From Pirellulaceae bacterium (GTDB lineage Bacteria > Planctomycetota > Planctomycetia > Pirellulales > Pirellulaceae), in NCBI GenBank assembly GCA_041745295.1, contig JBGTJE010000103.1:25689-89688 (forward strand): a stretch of 64,000 bases of DNA, given 5' to 3'. Made by a program: the position numbers and the translations under genes. Numbering within the stretch: the first letter of the stretch is position 1; every line of letters begins with the position of its first letter. Under the pieces are notes generated by a model. That model did not search any database. It was not told where the DNA came from and saw only the letters and a list, made by a program, of their open reading frames with translations. Positions 51,501 to 60,696 of this stretch are shown here, piece after piece.

Positions 51501-53821
51501 GTGACCTGTCCGACATTGCTGCCACGGTTGGGCGTAACTTGATTAATCTCCATCCCCACCGAATCGGCCGTGAGCGAGAAATGCCCGAGCGGCACGCCCG
51601 CCGTCGAGGTCCCGCGCACTCGGATGAAGGACGGAACCGGCGCGCCGGCCAGCGAGAACTCAGGGTTAGGATTGACGAACGCGACCACGCGCTCGAAGAA
51701 GTTGTTCGCATCCGGCAGGTCGCCCATGCGCACGAGAATCTCGCCCATTTGGGGATCCGTGAAATGGGCCGTCAGCCGGGCATTGGTCCCCGGCGGGACA
51801 TTCAGCCGGAACGTGAACTCCTGCCCTAGTAACAAATCTCGCTCGATCGTCGGGCCGTCCAATTCCAGGATCGAAGCGGCCCCGCTGACCGTTCGCGAAA
51901 ACTCGGAAGTGTCGGTCGGCACAGACGGCGTGGCTGAATTGGAGTCGTGGTCGAAAAGCAGCGTGGCGGTTGAAGTGACCTGTTGGTCCGGCGTGAGCAG
52001 CGCCGGCATTTCGGCGGAGAAGCTCACGTTGCCTGCCGAGTCGGTATGGACGATGGTCTCGCCGAGAAATGTCTGCCCCTCGCCAAAACCCGAAGGATCG
52101 GCCGCGTCGCTGGCGAAGAACTGGATCAAGAAATCGGTTTGCGCCATGCTGTTGAGCGAGCCGAAGATGGTCGAATCCACCGCGCTGCTCAGGACCTCGA
52201 CCAGAACCGGGAAATTTTGCCCGTTGTTGCCAATGAAGATGAAGTTGCCGGAGTGGTCGGCGTCGCCGGGGTCGTTGGCCGTCACACCGGCGGCGTTTTC
52301 GCTGCCTCCAGGCAGGTTAATTCCTAGGCGACCGTTGGCAAAGATGGAGTTTCCCAGGATGGGATACGAGCCAAGGCCACCAATCAGGATCCCGTCGTTG
52401 CCGTTGGAAAATATCGTGTTTCCCAGGATGGGCATCGGGTTACCGACCGAAACCCCAATCCCGGTGTTGAAAGCGATGACGTTCCCCGCACCGGGCGCCG
52501 TTCCGCCAACTTGGGAAGAAAGGGGAGAGCCCGATATACCGTGGCCAACGAAAGGGGAAGGACTGCCATTACCAAGCGGGCTAATGCCATCGGCTTGCGT
52601 GCCAATGAAGTTGCCCAACACCAAGATCCCCGACGAGGATCCCTGCCCCACGAACGTCTGGGCGCTGATTCCATTCCCCGGGTTGCCGGAAATGACATTG
52701 CGCGCGTGGACGATCCCGTCGAGCATCCCGTCGTCGTCATCGTCTCCTCCAATCATGATGTTTCCAGATACGAAGAAGGAAATGCCCCCCGCTCCGTTGC
52801 CGATCGCCACCGTGCCCGTCACGTCCGTGCCGATGTAATTGCCTTGGATGAAGAGGCCACTCTGGCGGGCGACATTTACGCCAAAAAAGCCATTGCCCGA
52901 GATGATGTTGCGCGCCCCGGCAACCGTCCCACCGATGACAGTTCCGCTGCTATCGATGTCTCCAATTCCCAAGCTCACGCCAGTATCCCCATTCCCCAGG
53001 TCTTGGGTGCCAGTGATGTCGGTGCCGATGAAGTTGCCTTGCACCTGGTTGAATTTGCCGTGGTTACTCCCCTCGACCCCGATTCGGTTGTTGCCCGAGA
53101 TGACATTGCGGGCGGCCGGTGTCGTCCCGCCGATCCGGCTGCTAGTCTCATTGAAATTGATGACCACACCGGAGCCGTTGTTGCCCAGATCAACCGTGCC
53201 GCTGGCATCGGTGCCGATGAGGTTGCCTTCGACCACGTTGCTGGTTGAAACCACCAAGTTAATTCCGTGTCCTGTGAAACGGTTGACGACCAGTCCTCGG
53301 ATCGTGCTGCCCCCCCCGCCGCTGATTGTCAGCCCATCCACGCTGCCGGCGCTGGTTCCATCAAGCTCGATTCGCAGCACCGTGTTGAGGCCCAGCAGGG
53401 ACTCGACCGAATTGGTGTTTATGCTGGTCCCTGGCTGCGTGTAGCCGTCGATGATCACCGAGCCGGTTATGGTCGGCAGGGCGGAGGTCGGGGCGATCGT
53501 TTGAACGCCGGAACCGGGGATATTGAAATTGATGGCGTCTGTCCCAACAGTCTCGTAGGGCTCCAAAGTCACCACGTCCGCATTGACGTTCGCGTTATTG
53601 TTCGCGGAAGTAATGGCCTCGCGAAGAGTCACCAGACCATCGACAGCGATTGTGTCACCGATGCCGGTAACGATGATCGTCGCAAGAAGTACGCGGTCTT
53701 CCAGCTGCTCGATTCCCGGTTGGTAATGCCGTGGTGCGGGGCGCCGCAATTGCGCGTCCGCGCGTTTTCGGAGCCGAAGAGATCTCGTGGAGAACCGCTT
53801 ACGTAATCTTGACCAATTCAT
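45569..53821 (-). CDS. Giant secreted multi-domain protein (2750 aa). It has an N-terminal LEDRVLLA motif, a CSLREA-like segment, parallel beta-helix repeats, Ig/IPT-like domains, RHS/YD repeats with an RHS core (DPxGL), a GEVED-like domain and C-terminal RTX repeats.
   Basis: [13 protein letters not shown] (CSLREA-like). Many NxIxGN/GTxxxGN beta-helix repeats. YD repeats (YDxxGRL, YTYDxxG). RHS core [74 protein letters not shown]. Its ATG overlaps the upstream kinase stop in an ATGA. Confidence 0.9.
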   Translation of the reverse strand: MNWSRLRKRFSTRSLRLRKRADAQLRRPAPRHYQPGIEQLEDRVLLATIIVTGIGDTIAVDGLVTLREAITSANNNANVNADVVTLEPYETVGTDAINFNIPGSGVQTIAPTSALPTITGSVIIDGYTQPGTSINTNSVESLLGLNTVLRIELDGTSAGSVDGLTISGGGGSTIRGLVVNRFTGHGINLVVSTSNVVEGNLIGTDASGTVDLGNNGSGVVINFNETSSRIGGTTPAARNVISGNNRIGVEGSNHGKFNQVQGNFIGTDITGTQDLGNGDTGVSLGIGDIDSSGTVIGGTVAGARNIISGNGFFGVNVARQSGLFIQGNYIGTDVTGTVAIGNGAGGISFFVSGNIMIGGDDDDDGMLDGIVHARNVISGNPGNGISAQTFVGQGSSSGILVLGNFIGTQADGISPLGNGSPSPFVGHGISGSPLSSQVGGTAPGAGNVIAFNTGIGVSVGNPMPILGNTIFSNGNDGILIGGLGSYPILGNSIFANGRLGINLPGGSENAAGVTANDPGDADHSGNFIFIGNNGQNFPVLVEVLSSAVDSTIFGSLNSMAQTDFLIQFFASDAADPSGFGEGQTFLGETIVHTDSAGNVSFSAEMPALLTPDQQVTSTATLLFDHDSNSATPSVPTDTSEFSRTVSGAASILELDGPTIERDLLLGQEFTFRLNVPPGTNARLTAHFTDPQMGEILVRMGDLPDANNFFERVVAFVNPNPEFSLAGAPVPSFIRVRGTSTAGVPLGHFSLTADSVGMEINQVTPNRGSNVGQVTTTIIGTGFSTETVFSLVGQASSLPAANVVQQSETTFFVTFNLAGLATGSYSVRAVDGASSTELASAFTVTTGNPGVFAVRLFAAATTLGGREDSLFIEYSNVGETDVPAPLLLIESPNANVIVPPVPRQIRVGSGDGGGGGGSTGSGTSLPPQGPRPLPEDLESPAKNVIQFFATSTSGPAGVLPPGTHELQEVRFIEDLDALDRNPLLFRLIQAGPDDKPFALASHKDELRPPTVSPAAWDVVFRNLLTRVGTTVGSYLQALRDAATYLSRYEIYTTDIDRLLSVHFAQADNALPGGSPHSAIDAAAPASGVPLVWGRTFAPTISRRFDMGILGRGWSDPWDISLSRVPNDNGVTNDVLIRTPGGTRRFDEVVFFPGLFRSSLLDHAQLTLASGVFSLRETNGTISRFDEVTGRLLDVTDRNGHQVTLNYDDGRLVSLSHSNGDQFVFGYNAAGRLAQLTDQVGRLTTFVYDAAGEHLMSVTGPDSTIAYTYETTAGSSAEHALTSVTRADGTPDETHVFYEYDAQGRLVGSSRDGNAEAVTLAYGSVGEVFITDAFNKTTSLFFNEFGQLLETRDALDRSSRFDYDALHRLDRVTQPLDTVSLFDFDGNGNLTFVVKPDGRSLSFTYDTTFNLPTTIRDEGSIPLRYTYDAQGNLTGIIHVDGSVEQVTPDADGNITQSINRRIQVIDYAYDDRGLLLRKDHADGTFEVFTYDDRGNLRTATDEAGTTTFDYDAADRLTKVTYPDARFLQYTYDAGGRRIRLEDQSGFIVQYRYDAAGRIGELTDGSDIRLVLYTYDSVGRLSREDNGNLTFTTYGFDDAGQLTSLVNHLPDGTVSSRFDYTYDDLGRRTSVTTLEGLTTFGYDAIGQLTLVVLPDSRIIQYQYDAVGNRTAVIDNGAPTNYTTNKLNQYERIGSFDRTYDKDGNLITDEAGGGTTYTYDDESRLLSWVDGVLRVGYEYDALGNRVAKVDGGVRTEYLIDPLGLTNVVAEYDTGGNLIARYVHGGFGLVSRHDSGGAAAFYDFDGVGSTVAMTDASGVIANQYSYLPFGEALTISETIANPFEFVGQFGVQRDGNGLDFMRARYYSSDDGRYINEDPIGIAGGLNLYGYVTNDPVNYIDPSGLSPTLVPVFIRVIGGVAKGGIQHAREAIAGQVARKALELGHKLTPSGREALAKLEAAELAEARAALAEAELIDAEAAAFDAADTLVTANPLLSINPLALIVALDPDSPVGINVGSQFPPLYALWNLCDFFDCFNPDHDFPPPPGEEVDEAEILQVFAHDPNDIIGPAGFGPEGFLPADSSLFYTIRFENDVAATAPAQTVVVTQTLDPDLDLATFELFSFGIGSSLVNLPAKRSSFLRRYDLRPDRNLFLDVSGDLNFETGVITWTFTSLDPATLEIPTDAEGDIGFLPPNQIPPEGEGFVTYIVRPKPGLPTGTRIDAQASIVFDVNAAIDTPAIFNTIDAGTPTSNVDPLPATTGSETFAVNWTGNDDPNGSGISFFDIFVSVDGGAFSPFLLDTTESSAIFTGAAGHAYAFISAATDNVGHSEDLPTEADATTTVVLVATEGDFGDAPDSYGTLLTSDGAVHLSGSDLRLGSQRDGETDGQPSLLADGDDLAGTPGDEDGVALPSALIARLNAAAIVTASQVGRLDAWIDFNRNGIFEAAEQIATGLAVQAGANTVTFTVPASARTGTSYARFRLSTDGGLGPTGSAPDGEIEDYRVSLERVPVGGSRLLPDPENPGQNVWVVVGTKDDDRIRFVKPSDDGIVFVKRNNIVIGEAQFVQFDRIAAFGLAGNDEIIVHSSIVQAANLFGGAGNDVLSGGKGNDRLDGGTGNDEMYGNQGNDILLGGLGDDALIGSHGRDILIGGRGGDTLLGHWNDDLLIAGTTSHDQSASALTAILAEWTSSRGYSERVTNIRDGNGPVLEDTPIFLQHGVSVQDDGARDALFGGSDQDWYFVSLLEDVLVRTSVEQIN

Positions 53822-56763
53822 TGCTTACCCTTTTCTGATTCTTGACTCTTTAGCTCGTCGAACTTCTTCCGCCACTCGGCGGCCTTTTCTTCGTTGCCCG
53901 TCGCTTCGTAGAGTTGCGCCAATCTCTCGAGAGACTCTCGTAACCGCTGATCTCCATCCCGCTGAGGCGTCTTGGCTTCGACTTGTTTCAGCCCCTCGTA
54001 GCCGGCCAGCAACAGCGGTTCGGCCTCGGCGAATTTTTTCTGGCCGAGCAGACTGCCGCCGAGCACGGACTTGGTGCAAAAGGTGGCCCAGGCGTCTGGC
54101 TCCGTCTTCTCACGGATCGCCAAACACTCGCGCAGGAGCGGCTCGGCGTCGGCGGGCTTGTTTTGCGCCAGCAGGCTTGCTCCGATTGGGTGTAGTTCTG
54201 CAGCGTATTGCGGCGAGTCAGCACCGGCTTTCTCTTTCCAAAACGTGGCCAGTTCGCGCCAAATAAGTTCGGCTTTTTCCGACTGGTGCAATCTGTCGTA
54301 GCAGTCTGCCAAGTTTCGCATGTATGTCTGGGTGAAGGAGTGCTCAAGTCCAAGCTTGGCACGTGCTCCAGCGACTGCGTCTCGGAAAAGCGGTTCGGCC
54401 TCGGCCACCTGGCCCATTTCCCGGTAGTCAGTTGCCAGGTTGTTCATGCTGTTGAGCGTATCGGGGTGGTCGGGGCCGACCGTCGCTTTCCGCCTCTCCA
54501 ACGTCTCTACGTCGAGTGCCATTGCTTTGTCGAACTTGCCGGCGGCCTTATATGTTGCGGCGAGGTTGCTCATGCTGCCGAGCGTGTGGGGATGGTCGGG
54601 GCCAATCGCCACCCGTTGTTTTTCGAGCGCCTTTTCCAAGAGTGGCAAAGCTTGGTCGAACTTGCCGGCGGCTTGGTACGCGGTGGCCATATTGTTCATG
54701 CCGATAAGAGTGTTGGGATGGTCGGGGCCGACCGTTGCCAACAGTTTCTCCAGAGACTGTTCGCGAAGCGGCAGGGCTTTGTCAAGCTTGCCGGTGGCAT
54801 GGTACGCAGTCGCCACGTCGCTCATGCTGGTGAGCGTGTCAAGATGATCGGGGCCCAGCGTCGCTTTCCGCTTCTCCAGAGTCTGTTCCCAGAGTTGGCG
54901 GGCCTGATCGAGCTTGCCGGCGGCATAGTATGTCCCGGCTAGATCGTTCATGCTGGTGAGTGTGTCGGCATGGTCAATGCCGAGTGCCACCTTTCGCTTC
55001 TCTAGAGTCTGTTCGCCGAGCAGCAGGGCCTCGTCAAGCCGCCCGGCATCTACGTACGCCCAAGCCAGGTTGTTCATGCTGGTGAGCGTATCGGGGTGAT
55101 CGGGGCCAAGCTGCTCCAAACGGAGTTGTCGGCTTCGCTCGAGCTGCCGAGTGGCCAGCGCCGGTTCGCCCAGGTACAGGTACGATTCTCCCAATGAGTT
55201 GCGGATCGAGGCCTCAACGAGCGGCCTGTCAAGAAAGGCGGGAGCGATTTGTGGCTCGGCTGCGTCGACCGCCGCGCGAATGCTGGCGTCGATGCCCAAT
55301 CCACCGTCGAGATCCTCGGGCCGTGCCGCTGCCAGCACCTTCTCCTGGAAAAATTCAAGGACCGCGCGGGTGTCGGATTCTGACTCCTTCGCTCTGCGGG
55401 CCTCGTCGCGCGCCTTCGCCTCGCTGATCTTGGCCGCATCCTCGGCCGCGACGGCACGATTGCAGTCGTCGTTGGCCTTGCCTTCGGCAACGGTCGCGCG
55501 AACTGCCTGCCAGGCGCTGACCACGGCGCCGCTGACCAACAATGCCATAAAGGCCGCGGCCAACAGGACGCCGCTCTTATGTTTGTGGAAATATTTCCGG
55601 AATTTATAACCCGCCGACGGCGGACAAGCTTGGACCGGTTCGTCGTTCAAGTAGCGTTGCACGTCGGCCGCAAAGCCGTTGGCTGTCTCGTAACGATCGT
55701 TGCGGTCCTTTTCCAGCGCCTTCATTACAATCCAGTCCAGCTCGCCGCGGACCAACCTTGTTAGTTTGGCCGGCTCCGTTTGCCGCTGCGCCGAGATCGA
55801 CGCCAGGGCCTCACCCGAGTCCGAGAGCCGCGTGCTCGGCTTGGGAGGTTCCTCCTCCTTGATCATGCGGAGGATCTCGCCATAAGCCGCCTCCTTCATC
55901 CGCGAATGCGAGAGCGGCGTGCTGCCTGTCAACAGTTCATACAACAGGACGCCCAACGAATAAATATCGCTGCGAGTATCGACGCCCAGGGCGCTCATCT
56001 CCGCCTGCTCCGGGCTCATGTATTCAAAGGTGCCGACCATAGTTCCGTACTGCGTGAACAAAGTACGCTCGGTTAGCGTTTGCTCGGTCGCCTTGGCCAC
56101 GCCGAAGTCAATTACCTTGGCGACGGGCTTGCCGTCGTAAAGCGTGATCATCACGTTGGACGGCTTGATGTCGCGATGGATGATCCCTTTCTGGTGGGCG
56201 TGTTGAATTGCCTGGCAAACCGGCACGAACAGTTCCAACCGCTGGCGCGGCGTCAAGCGGTTGCCGTCGCAGTATTTAGTAATTGGCAGACCATGTACCA
56301 GTTCCATAACGAAGTACGGCCGGCCCGATTCCGTGGCTCCGGCGTCGAGCACGCGAGCAATGTTAACGTGATCCATCATCGCCAAGGCCTGTCGCTCAGC
56401 TTCAAAGCGGGCGATCACCTGGCGGCTGTCCATGCCTGGCTTGATGACCTTAAGGGCTACCTTGCGCTGCACAGGATGCGTTTGCTCGGCCATGAAGACA
56501 GTTCCCATGCCTCCTTCGCCGATTTGCTGCAAGAGCCTGTACGGACCGATGACTGTACCGGGGCGTTCTAGGGGGGACGAGTCGAGCGTTTCCACCCGGG
56601 ACAACACGTCCATGAAACTGCCGAGATGACCATGTTCAGACAGAAGTGACTCGACCCGTTGGCGCAATGAGGCGTCCCCCGCGCAGGCCTCATCGAGGAA
56701 GGCGGCTCGCTCGGCTGGACTCCCCTTGGTCAAGGCAGCAGTAAAGATTTCTCGCTCGGTCAT
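53818..56763 (-). CDS. Ser/Thr protein kinase with one TM helix and C-terminal TPR repeats (981 aa)
   Basis: [34 protein letters not shown] helix [17 protein letters not shown]. At least eight TPR units ([28 protein letters not shown], and so on). Confidence 0.9.
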   Translation of the reverse strand: MTEREIFTAALTKGSPAERAAFLDEACAGDASLRQRVESLLSEHGHLGSFMDVLSRVETLDSSPLERPGTVIGPYRLLQQIGEGGMGTVFMAEQTHPVQRKVALKVIKPGMDSRQVIARFEAERQALAMMDHVNIARVLDAGATESGRPYFVMELVHGLPITKYCDGNRLTPRQRLELFVPVCQAIQHAHQKGIIHRDIKPSNVMITLYDGKPVAKVIDFGVAKATEQTLTERTLFTQYGTMVGTFEYMSPEQAEMSALGVDTRSDIYSLGVLLYELLTGSTPLSHSRMKEAAYGEILRMIKEEEPPKPSTRLSDSGEALASISAQRQTEPAKLTRLVRGELDWIVMKALEKDRNDRYETANGFAADVQRYLNDEPVQACPPSAGYKFRKYFHKHKSGVLLAAAFMALLVSGAVVSAWQAVRATVAEGKANDDCNRAVAAEDAAKISEAKARDEARRAKESESDTRAVLEFFQEKVLAAARPEDLDGGLGIDASIRAAVDAAEPQIAPAFLDRPLVEASIRNSLGESYLYLGEPALATRQLERSRQLRLEQLGPDHPDTLTSMNNLAWAYVDAGRLDEALLLGEQTLEKRKVALGIDHADTLTSMNDLAGTYYAAGKLDQARQLWEQTLEKRKATLGPDHLDTLTSMSDVATAYHATGKLDKALPLREQSLEKLLATVGPDHPNTLIGMNNMATAYQAAGKFDQALPLLEKALEKQRVAIGPDHPHTLGSMSNLAATYKAAGKFDKAMALDVETLERRKATVGPDHPDTLNSMNNLATDYREMGQVAEAEPLFRDAVAGARAKLGLEHSFTQTYMRNLADCYDRLHQSEKAELIWRELATFWKEKAGADSPQYAAELHPIGASLLAQNKPADAEPLLRECLAIREKTEPDAWATFCTKSVLGGSLLGQKKFAEAEPLLLAGYEGLKQVEAKTPQRDGDQRLRESLERLAQLYEATGNEEKAAEWRKKFDELKSQESEKGKQ

Positions 56764-56851
56764 CGCGCAACCCTTTCGGAGTTGGGTCTATACACAGTGC
56801 GTAATTCGGCGGCCAACTCGGCAAGAAAAATGGTCGGCCGGTGGAAAAGGC

Positions 56852-57409
56852 TCATTCAGCAGCTATTTTTTGATGGAGCCAACTACGGGCATAGGCCCAG
56901 ATATCGTGCGCCGTTCGCACCGAGATTCCTAAGGCCTCGGCGATCTCGCTCATATTAAGGCCCACAAAGAATCGCAGTTTGACCAAATTGGCAGCCGCGG
57001 GGTCGATCTCGGCCAGTCGATCGAGAAGTTCGTCGACGGCCAGCATTTCTTCCGCCGGGCGATCCGTGCTGATCGCCGATTCGTGCAGTTCCTCGCGTTG
57101 CGCGTCGCCTCCACGTTTGGCCGCGCTTTTTCGACGGGCTTGTTCCACGAGAATCCGCCGCATCGCCTCGCCGGCGGCAGCAAAAAAATGCCCTCGGCTG
57201 TTCCAATGTTGAGCCTTCTCCACGTCCACGAGCCGGATATAGGCATCGTGTACCAGCGCCGTCGCCTGCAACGTCTGACCTGGCTTTTCCTGAGCCAGTT
57301 TCGCGGCCGCCAGCTTCCGCAGTTCGTCATAGACCAGCGGCAGCAGCTGCTCCGCCGCCGACGGATCGCCCGACTCGATCTGCGACAGGATGCGGGTGAC
57401 ATCGGACAT
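56852..57409 (-). CDS. ECF-type RNA polymerase sigma factor (sigma-70 family), kinase-associated type
   Basis: 185 aa. Region 2 (LVHDAYIRLVD) and region 4 HTH (LNMSEIAEALGISVRTAHDIWAYARSWL). The N-terminal MSDVTRILSQIESGDPSAAEQLLPLVYDELRKLA pattern is typical of ECF sigmas encoded next to Ser/Thr kinases. Confidence 0.8.
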   Translation of the reverse strand: MSDVTRILSQIESGDPSAAEQLLPLVYDELRKLAAAKLAQEKPGQTLQATALVHDAYIRLVDVEKAQHWNSRGHFFAAAGEAMRRILVEQARRKSAAKRGGDAQREELHESAISTDRPAEEMLAVDELLDRLAEIDPAAANLVKLRFFVGLNMSEIAEALGISVRTAHDIWAYARSWLHQKIAAE

Positions 57410-57555
57410 GGCACGAGCGTAGTCTGTAGCGCCGCCAATAGCAAGAAGCGAGCCGGCAAGGTCGCCGCCTGACGGCGCGGGGAAATAAACGCAAGCTGAT
57501 TTATCGCGATGACGGGGACCGGCTCCGATTTCTAGAGACCTATGAGGAGACGATC

Positions 57556-57828
57556 GTGCGGTTGGGCTGCGAATTCTCGCCTATCGAGTCCAACGCGGCA
57601 TTGGCAAAAACGTACAAACTTATCGACAAGCTAATGAGCAAGCCGGAGTTGAGTCGCGCCGAAAGCCATATGCTAAAACTACTATCGATGTTGGTTGAAC
57701 AATATGAAAGCCGTGAGCACCCAACGCCGGAAGTTTCGGCCGCCGACTTGCTTGCCCATCTCCTCGAGTCGCGGAATTCGTCCGCCGTGGCGGACGATCC
57801 AAATTTTGGCGAATTCGACTACCTCTGA
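57556..57828 (+). CDS. Small hypothetical protein resembling the N-terminal domain of HigA-like (COG5499) antitoxins. It lacks the HTH and may be a remnant.
   Basis: GTG start preceded by GAGGAG. PIESNAALAKTYKLIDKLMSKPELSRAESHMLKLLSMLVEQYESREHP follows the I..E..Y..AL..ID.LM.......E...LELL..LVE.YE..H.P pattern of HigA N-terminal domains. The ORF ends before any HTH. Confidence 0.3.
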   Translation: MRLGCEFSPIESNAALAKTYKLIDKLMSKPELSRAESHMLKLLSMLVEQYESREHPTPEVSAADLLAHLLESRNSSAVADDPNFGEFDYL

Positions 57829-57864
57829 CGCTTCGGTTCGTGGGACGCGGTGCATCCAAACGTG

Positions 57865-58677
57865 TTACAGATCGTCGGCACGGACGCCGCTCGGGCTGTA
57901 GTTTCGGCCGGTCGTGGGGAGCCTTGAGAAATTGGGTCTCGGCCAGCGCGTCGATTCGAGATCGATTTCCCCCAAATACTTTTCCTTCACTCCGGGGTGC
58001 CGAATGATGTCTTCGGCGGTCCCGCTGCACAGGATCCTGCCGTCGCTGACCACGTACGTTCGATGGGTGATTTGCAGGATCTCGCGGGCCGCGTGGTCGG
58101 TTATCAAGATGGAAATCCCTTCGCGGCTGAGCGTGCGGATAATCGTCTGAATGTTCTGCACGGTGACCGGATCGATGCCCGCAAACGGTTCATCGAGCAT
58201 GATGATTTCCGGACGCGAGACGAGACAGCGTGCGAGTTCGAGTCGCCGCCGTTCGCCTCCCGAGAGTCGGCCGGCCCGCGTCCGGCGGACGTGCGAGATT
58301 TTGAACTGTTCGAGCAACTCGTCGCATCGAGTCCGCCGCACCTGCCGCGGAAAGTTAAGCAGTTCCATCATGGCGATCAAGTTCTGTTCGGTCGTGAGTT
58401 TGCCAAACACGCTCGACTGTTGCGGCAAATAACCCATGCCGCCGTCGCGTCCGCGCACATACATCGGCCAGTCCGTGACGTCCTGATCGCGCAACAAGAC
58501 CTGGCCTTGGTCCGGGGCGAGCATTCCGCAGATCATACGGAACGTCGTCGTTTTTCCCGCGCCGTTTGGTCCCAACAATCCGACGATTTCGCCGGCGTCA
58601 ATTTCCAGCGTCACGCCGTCCACAACTTTGCGGCGACCGAAGCTCTTCTCCAGTCCGTTGGCCTTTAAGATTGTCAT
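57865..58677 (-). CDS. lptB: LPS export ABC transporter ATP-binding protein LptB
   Basis: MTILKANGLEKSFGRRKVVDGVTLEIDAGEIVGLLGPNGAGKTTTF, signature LSGGERRR, Walker B IMLDEPFAGIDP. 270 aa. Confidence 0.85.
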   Translation of the reverse strand: MTILKANGLEKSFGRRKVVDGVTLEIDAGEIVGLLGPNGAGKTTTFRMICGMLAPDQGQVLLRDQDVTDWPMYVRGRDGGMGYLPQQSSVFGKLTTEQNLIAMMELLNFPRQVRRTRCDELLEQFKISHVRRTRAGRLSGGERRRLELARCLVSRPEIIMLDEPFAGIDPVTVQNIQTIIRTLSREGISILITDHAAREILQITHRTYVVSDGRILCSGTAEDIIRHPGVKEKYLGEIDLESTRWPRPNFSRLPTTGRNYSPSGVRADDL

Positions 58678-58705
58678 GGAGTACTCCTCCCTGAGTGGAT
58701 CTCGC

Positions 58706-60406
58706 TTAGCGGATAAATTTCATCCGCGAAAAATCAGGAAAGCCGAAAAACGGACTGTTCCAACTGTGCGGCCAATAGAGGAACAATCCTCGCCCGAGTA
58801 GCAAATCGCGCGTTACGTACGGGGGATCGCCCCACAAGCGAGCGTCTTGGCTCGCCGGGCTATTGTCGCCCATGGGAAAGTATTGGCCCTCGGAAAGCGG
58901 ATGAAGATCGCGATCCGAGCGGCGCTGGCTCGCGAATAAAATTGCCGTTTCGTTCGACGCCCATTGGGTCGGTTCGTCTAACAGATCGTTCAAAGTATCG
59001 TCGTCGAAATTGATTCGATACTCGAAATCTCCACTCCGTTGCGGCGCCGTCACCGATGTGTAATAAACGTCGCGCCAGACCTTGAGCCGTGAAACGCGCA
59101 GCTTGCCGGATTGGCAACCGATTGCCAGGGGCAAGGCATCGCCTGGATCATCGACAGAATATTGCGGTACGACAGTCTCTGGTCGATCAAAATCCTGGTA
59201 AGGAGTTTGGCCAAACACGACGGGCTTGTCGTCAACCCAAAGAAATAAGCGATTGTCGCCGTTCATGAACAAGATGCGATTCGTTCCGCGCCCGCGAATC
59301 GAACAGCTTCCAACTGACTGTTGCATTTTGAGGCCTTGGGCGTCGTTGAATTCGACCTGCGGATTGGAACTGCTGAGGGAAACGTTGCCCGTCGCGATAT
59401 CGATGTCGCAATTGAAATGCGTGCCGCCTTCCGTCGTTTCCAGTAACAATCGACCTGTATCCGATTCGATTTGGACCCACGCTTCGACGCCGAGGTCGCC
59501 GACCCAATGGCGACCGCTCACTTCAGTGCCTTCGCCGCCAGCGCGAGAGGCGACGTACTCGTTATAGGAATAATGGTCCCGAACTAGTCCGCCGCCGAGA
59601 ATTCCGCTCGACAAGAACTCTGACATCCGCTCGGGCAACTGCCCCTCGGCCAGCGAGTCCCAATCCTCGATCCGCGGTTGGAGGTGACGGTATTTGAGCC
59701 AATGCGATTCTGGGGATTGGGTCGCATCGATTTCGAAGACGAGGCTGGGTTCGACTTGGCCGGACCACGTGGGAGCAGCGGATTGCGGTTCAGCGGTCGT
59801 CCAGCGGAGGGGCCATTTTGCGGCCGTCAATTTTTTTCCGACATGCGACGTATCGTCGACCAATTGCATCATGGATCGCATTTTGGAGGGCGATTTCCGC
59901 GCAATACGTCGATGGTCGAAGGATTCGCTGCGCGAATCAAAGGTAAAAATGTCTCCCTGTTCAATCAGCAGCGATTCATTGGGAAGTCCGACCAAGCGCT
60001 TGATGTAGTTTTGTTTGGCATTCTTTGGATTCTTAAAGACGATCACATCCCAGCGGTGCGGCTCGGCGAAGTCATAAATGAACTTATTGACCAGAATTCG
60101 ATCGCCGTCAAATGAACTGTGATCGGAGAGTCTCTCCGGCGATAAAACGGTTCGGTAGCGGCAGATGGGGCAAAAGGCCGTTCGCACATCCGATCGCCTC
60201 GAACTGCAATTCGTTTGGTAGCGGAAACCGCATTGATCGCAGGCGAGGTCGAAGTGTTCACCGCGCAGCGTGGTGGCCATCGATCCCGTCGGAATGATGT
60301 ACGCCTCGGCCTCAAACGCCTTAAACATCAGGGCCAGCATGATCGCTACGAGGATCGATTCGATCGTTTCGCGCACGCCAGGGTCTTTGAAAAAACGGAT
60401 CACCAA
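58706..60406 (-). CDS. lepB: Signal peptidase I, an unusually long form with a Cys4 zinc-ribbon insertion and a large inserted domain
   Basis: N-terminal TM helix. Box B IPTGSMATTL, GDRILVNKF, box D RLVGLPNESL, box E GDNSPASQDARLWG. A CDQCG...CPIC zinc ribbon between boxes B and C. About 350 aa inserted between boxes D and E. 566 aa. Confidence 0.8.
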   Translation of the reverse strand: MVIRFFKDPGVRETIESILVAIMLALMFKAFEAEAYIIPTGSMATTLRGEHFDLACDQCGFRYQTNCSSRRSDVRTAFCPICRYRTVLSPERLSDHSSFDGDRILVNKFIYDFAEPHRWDVIVFKNPKNAKQNYIKRLVGLPNESLLIEQGDIFTFDSRSESFDHRRIARKSPSKMRSMMQLVDDTSHVGKKLTAAKWPLRWTTAEPQSAAPTWSGQVEPSLVFEIDATQSPESHWLKYRHLQPRIEDWDSLAEGQLPERMSEFLSSGILGGGLVRDHYSYNEYVASRAGGEGTEVSGRHWVGDLGVEAWVQIESDTGRLLLETTEGGTHFNCDIDIATGNVSLSSSNPQVEFNDAQGLKMQQSVGSCSIRGRGTNRILFMNGDNRLFLWVDDKPVVFGQTPYQDFDRPETVVPQYSVDDPGDALPLAIGCQSGKLRVSRLKVWRDVYYTSVTAPQRSGDFEYRINFDDDTLNDLLDEPTQWASNETAILFASQRRSDRDLHPLSEGQYFPMGDNSPASQDARLWGDPPYVTRDLLLGRGLFLYWPHSWNSPFFGFPDFSRMKFIR

Positions 60407-60696
60407 CGGAAACTCCTACGAAGCGCTAACACAATTTGGGCAGGGTGCTGCCCCGCCGAATTATAGCCAAATGATTCGGATCGCGGTACGCGAACTTTTC
60501 GGCAAAATCATCACCGCAGAATACAGAACGCTGCCGCTCAAGGACAGCGATGCGGCGATCAGCGTGGGAATCACCGGAGGACGTCACGTTGTCGATTTGG
60601 ATTACGCAGTTGACGCGGGTCCAAGCTTATCCAAAAGACTAAGCGCCTCGCACCCGACCCACTCCCGCGAAGCGGGGGCGAGGGAACGATTCTTTC

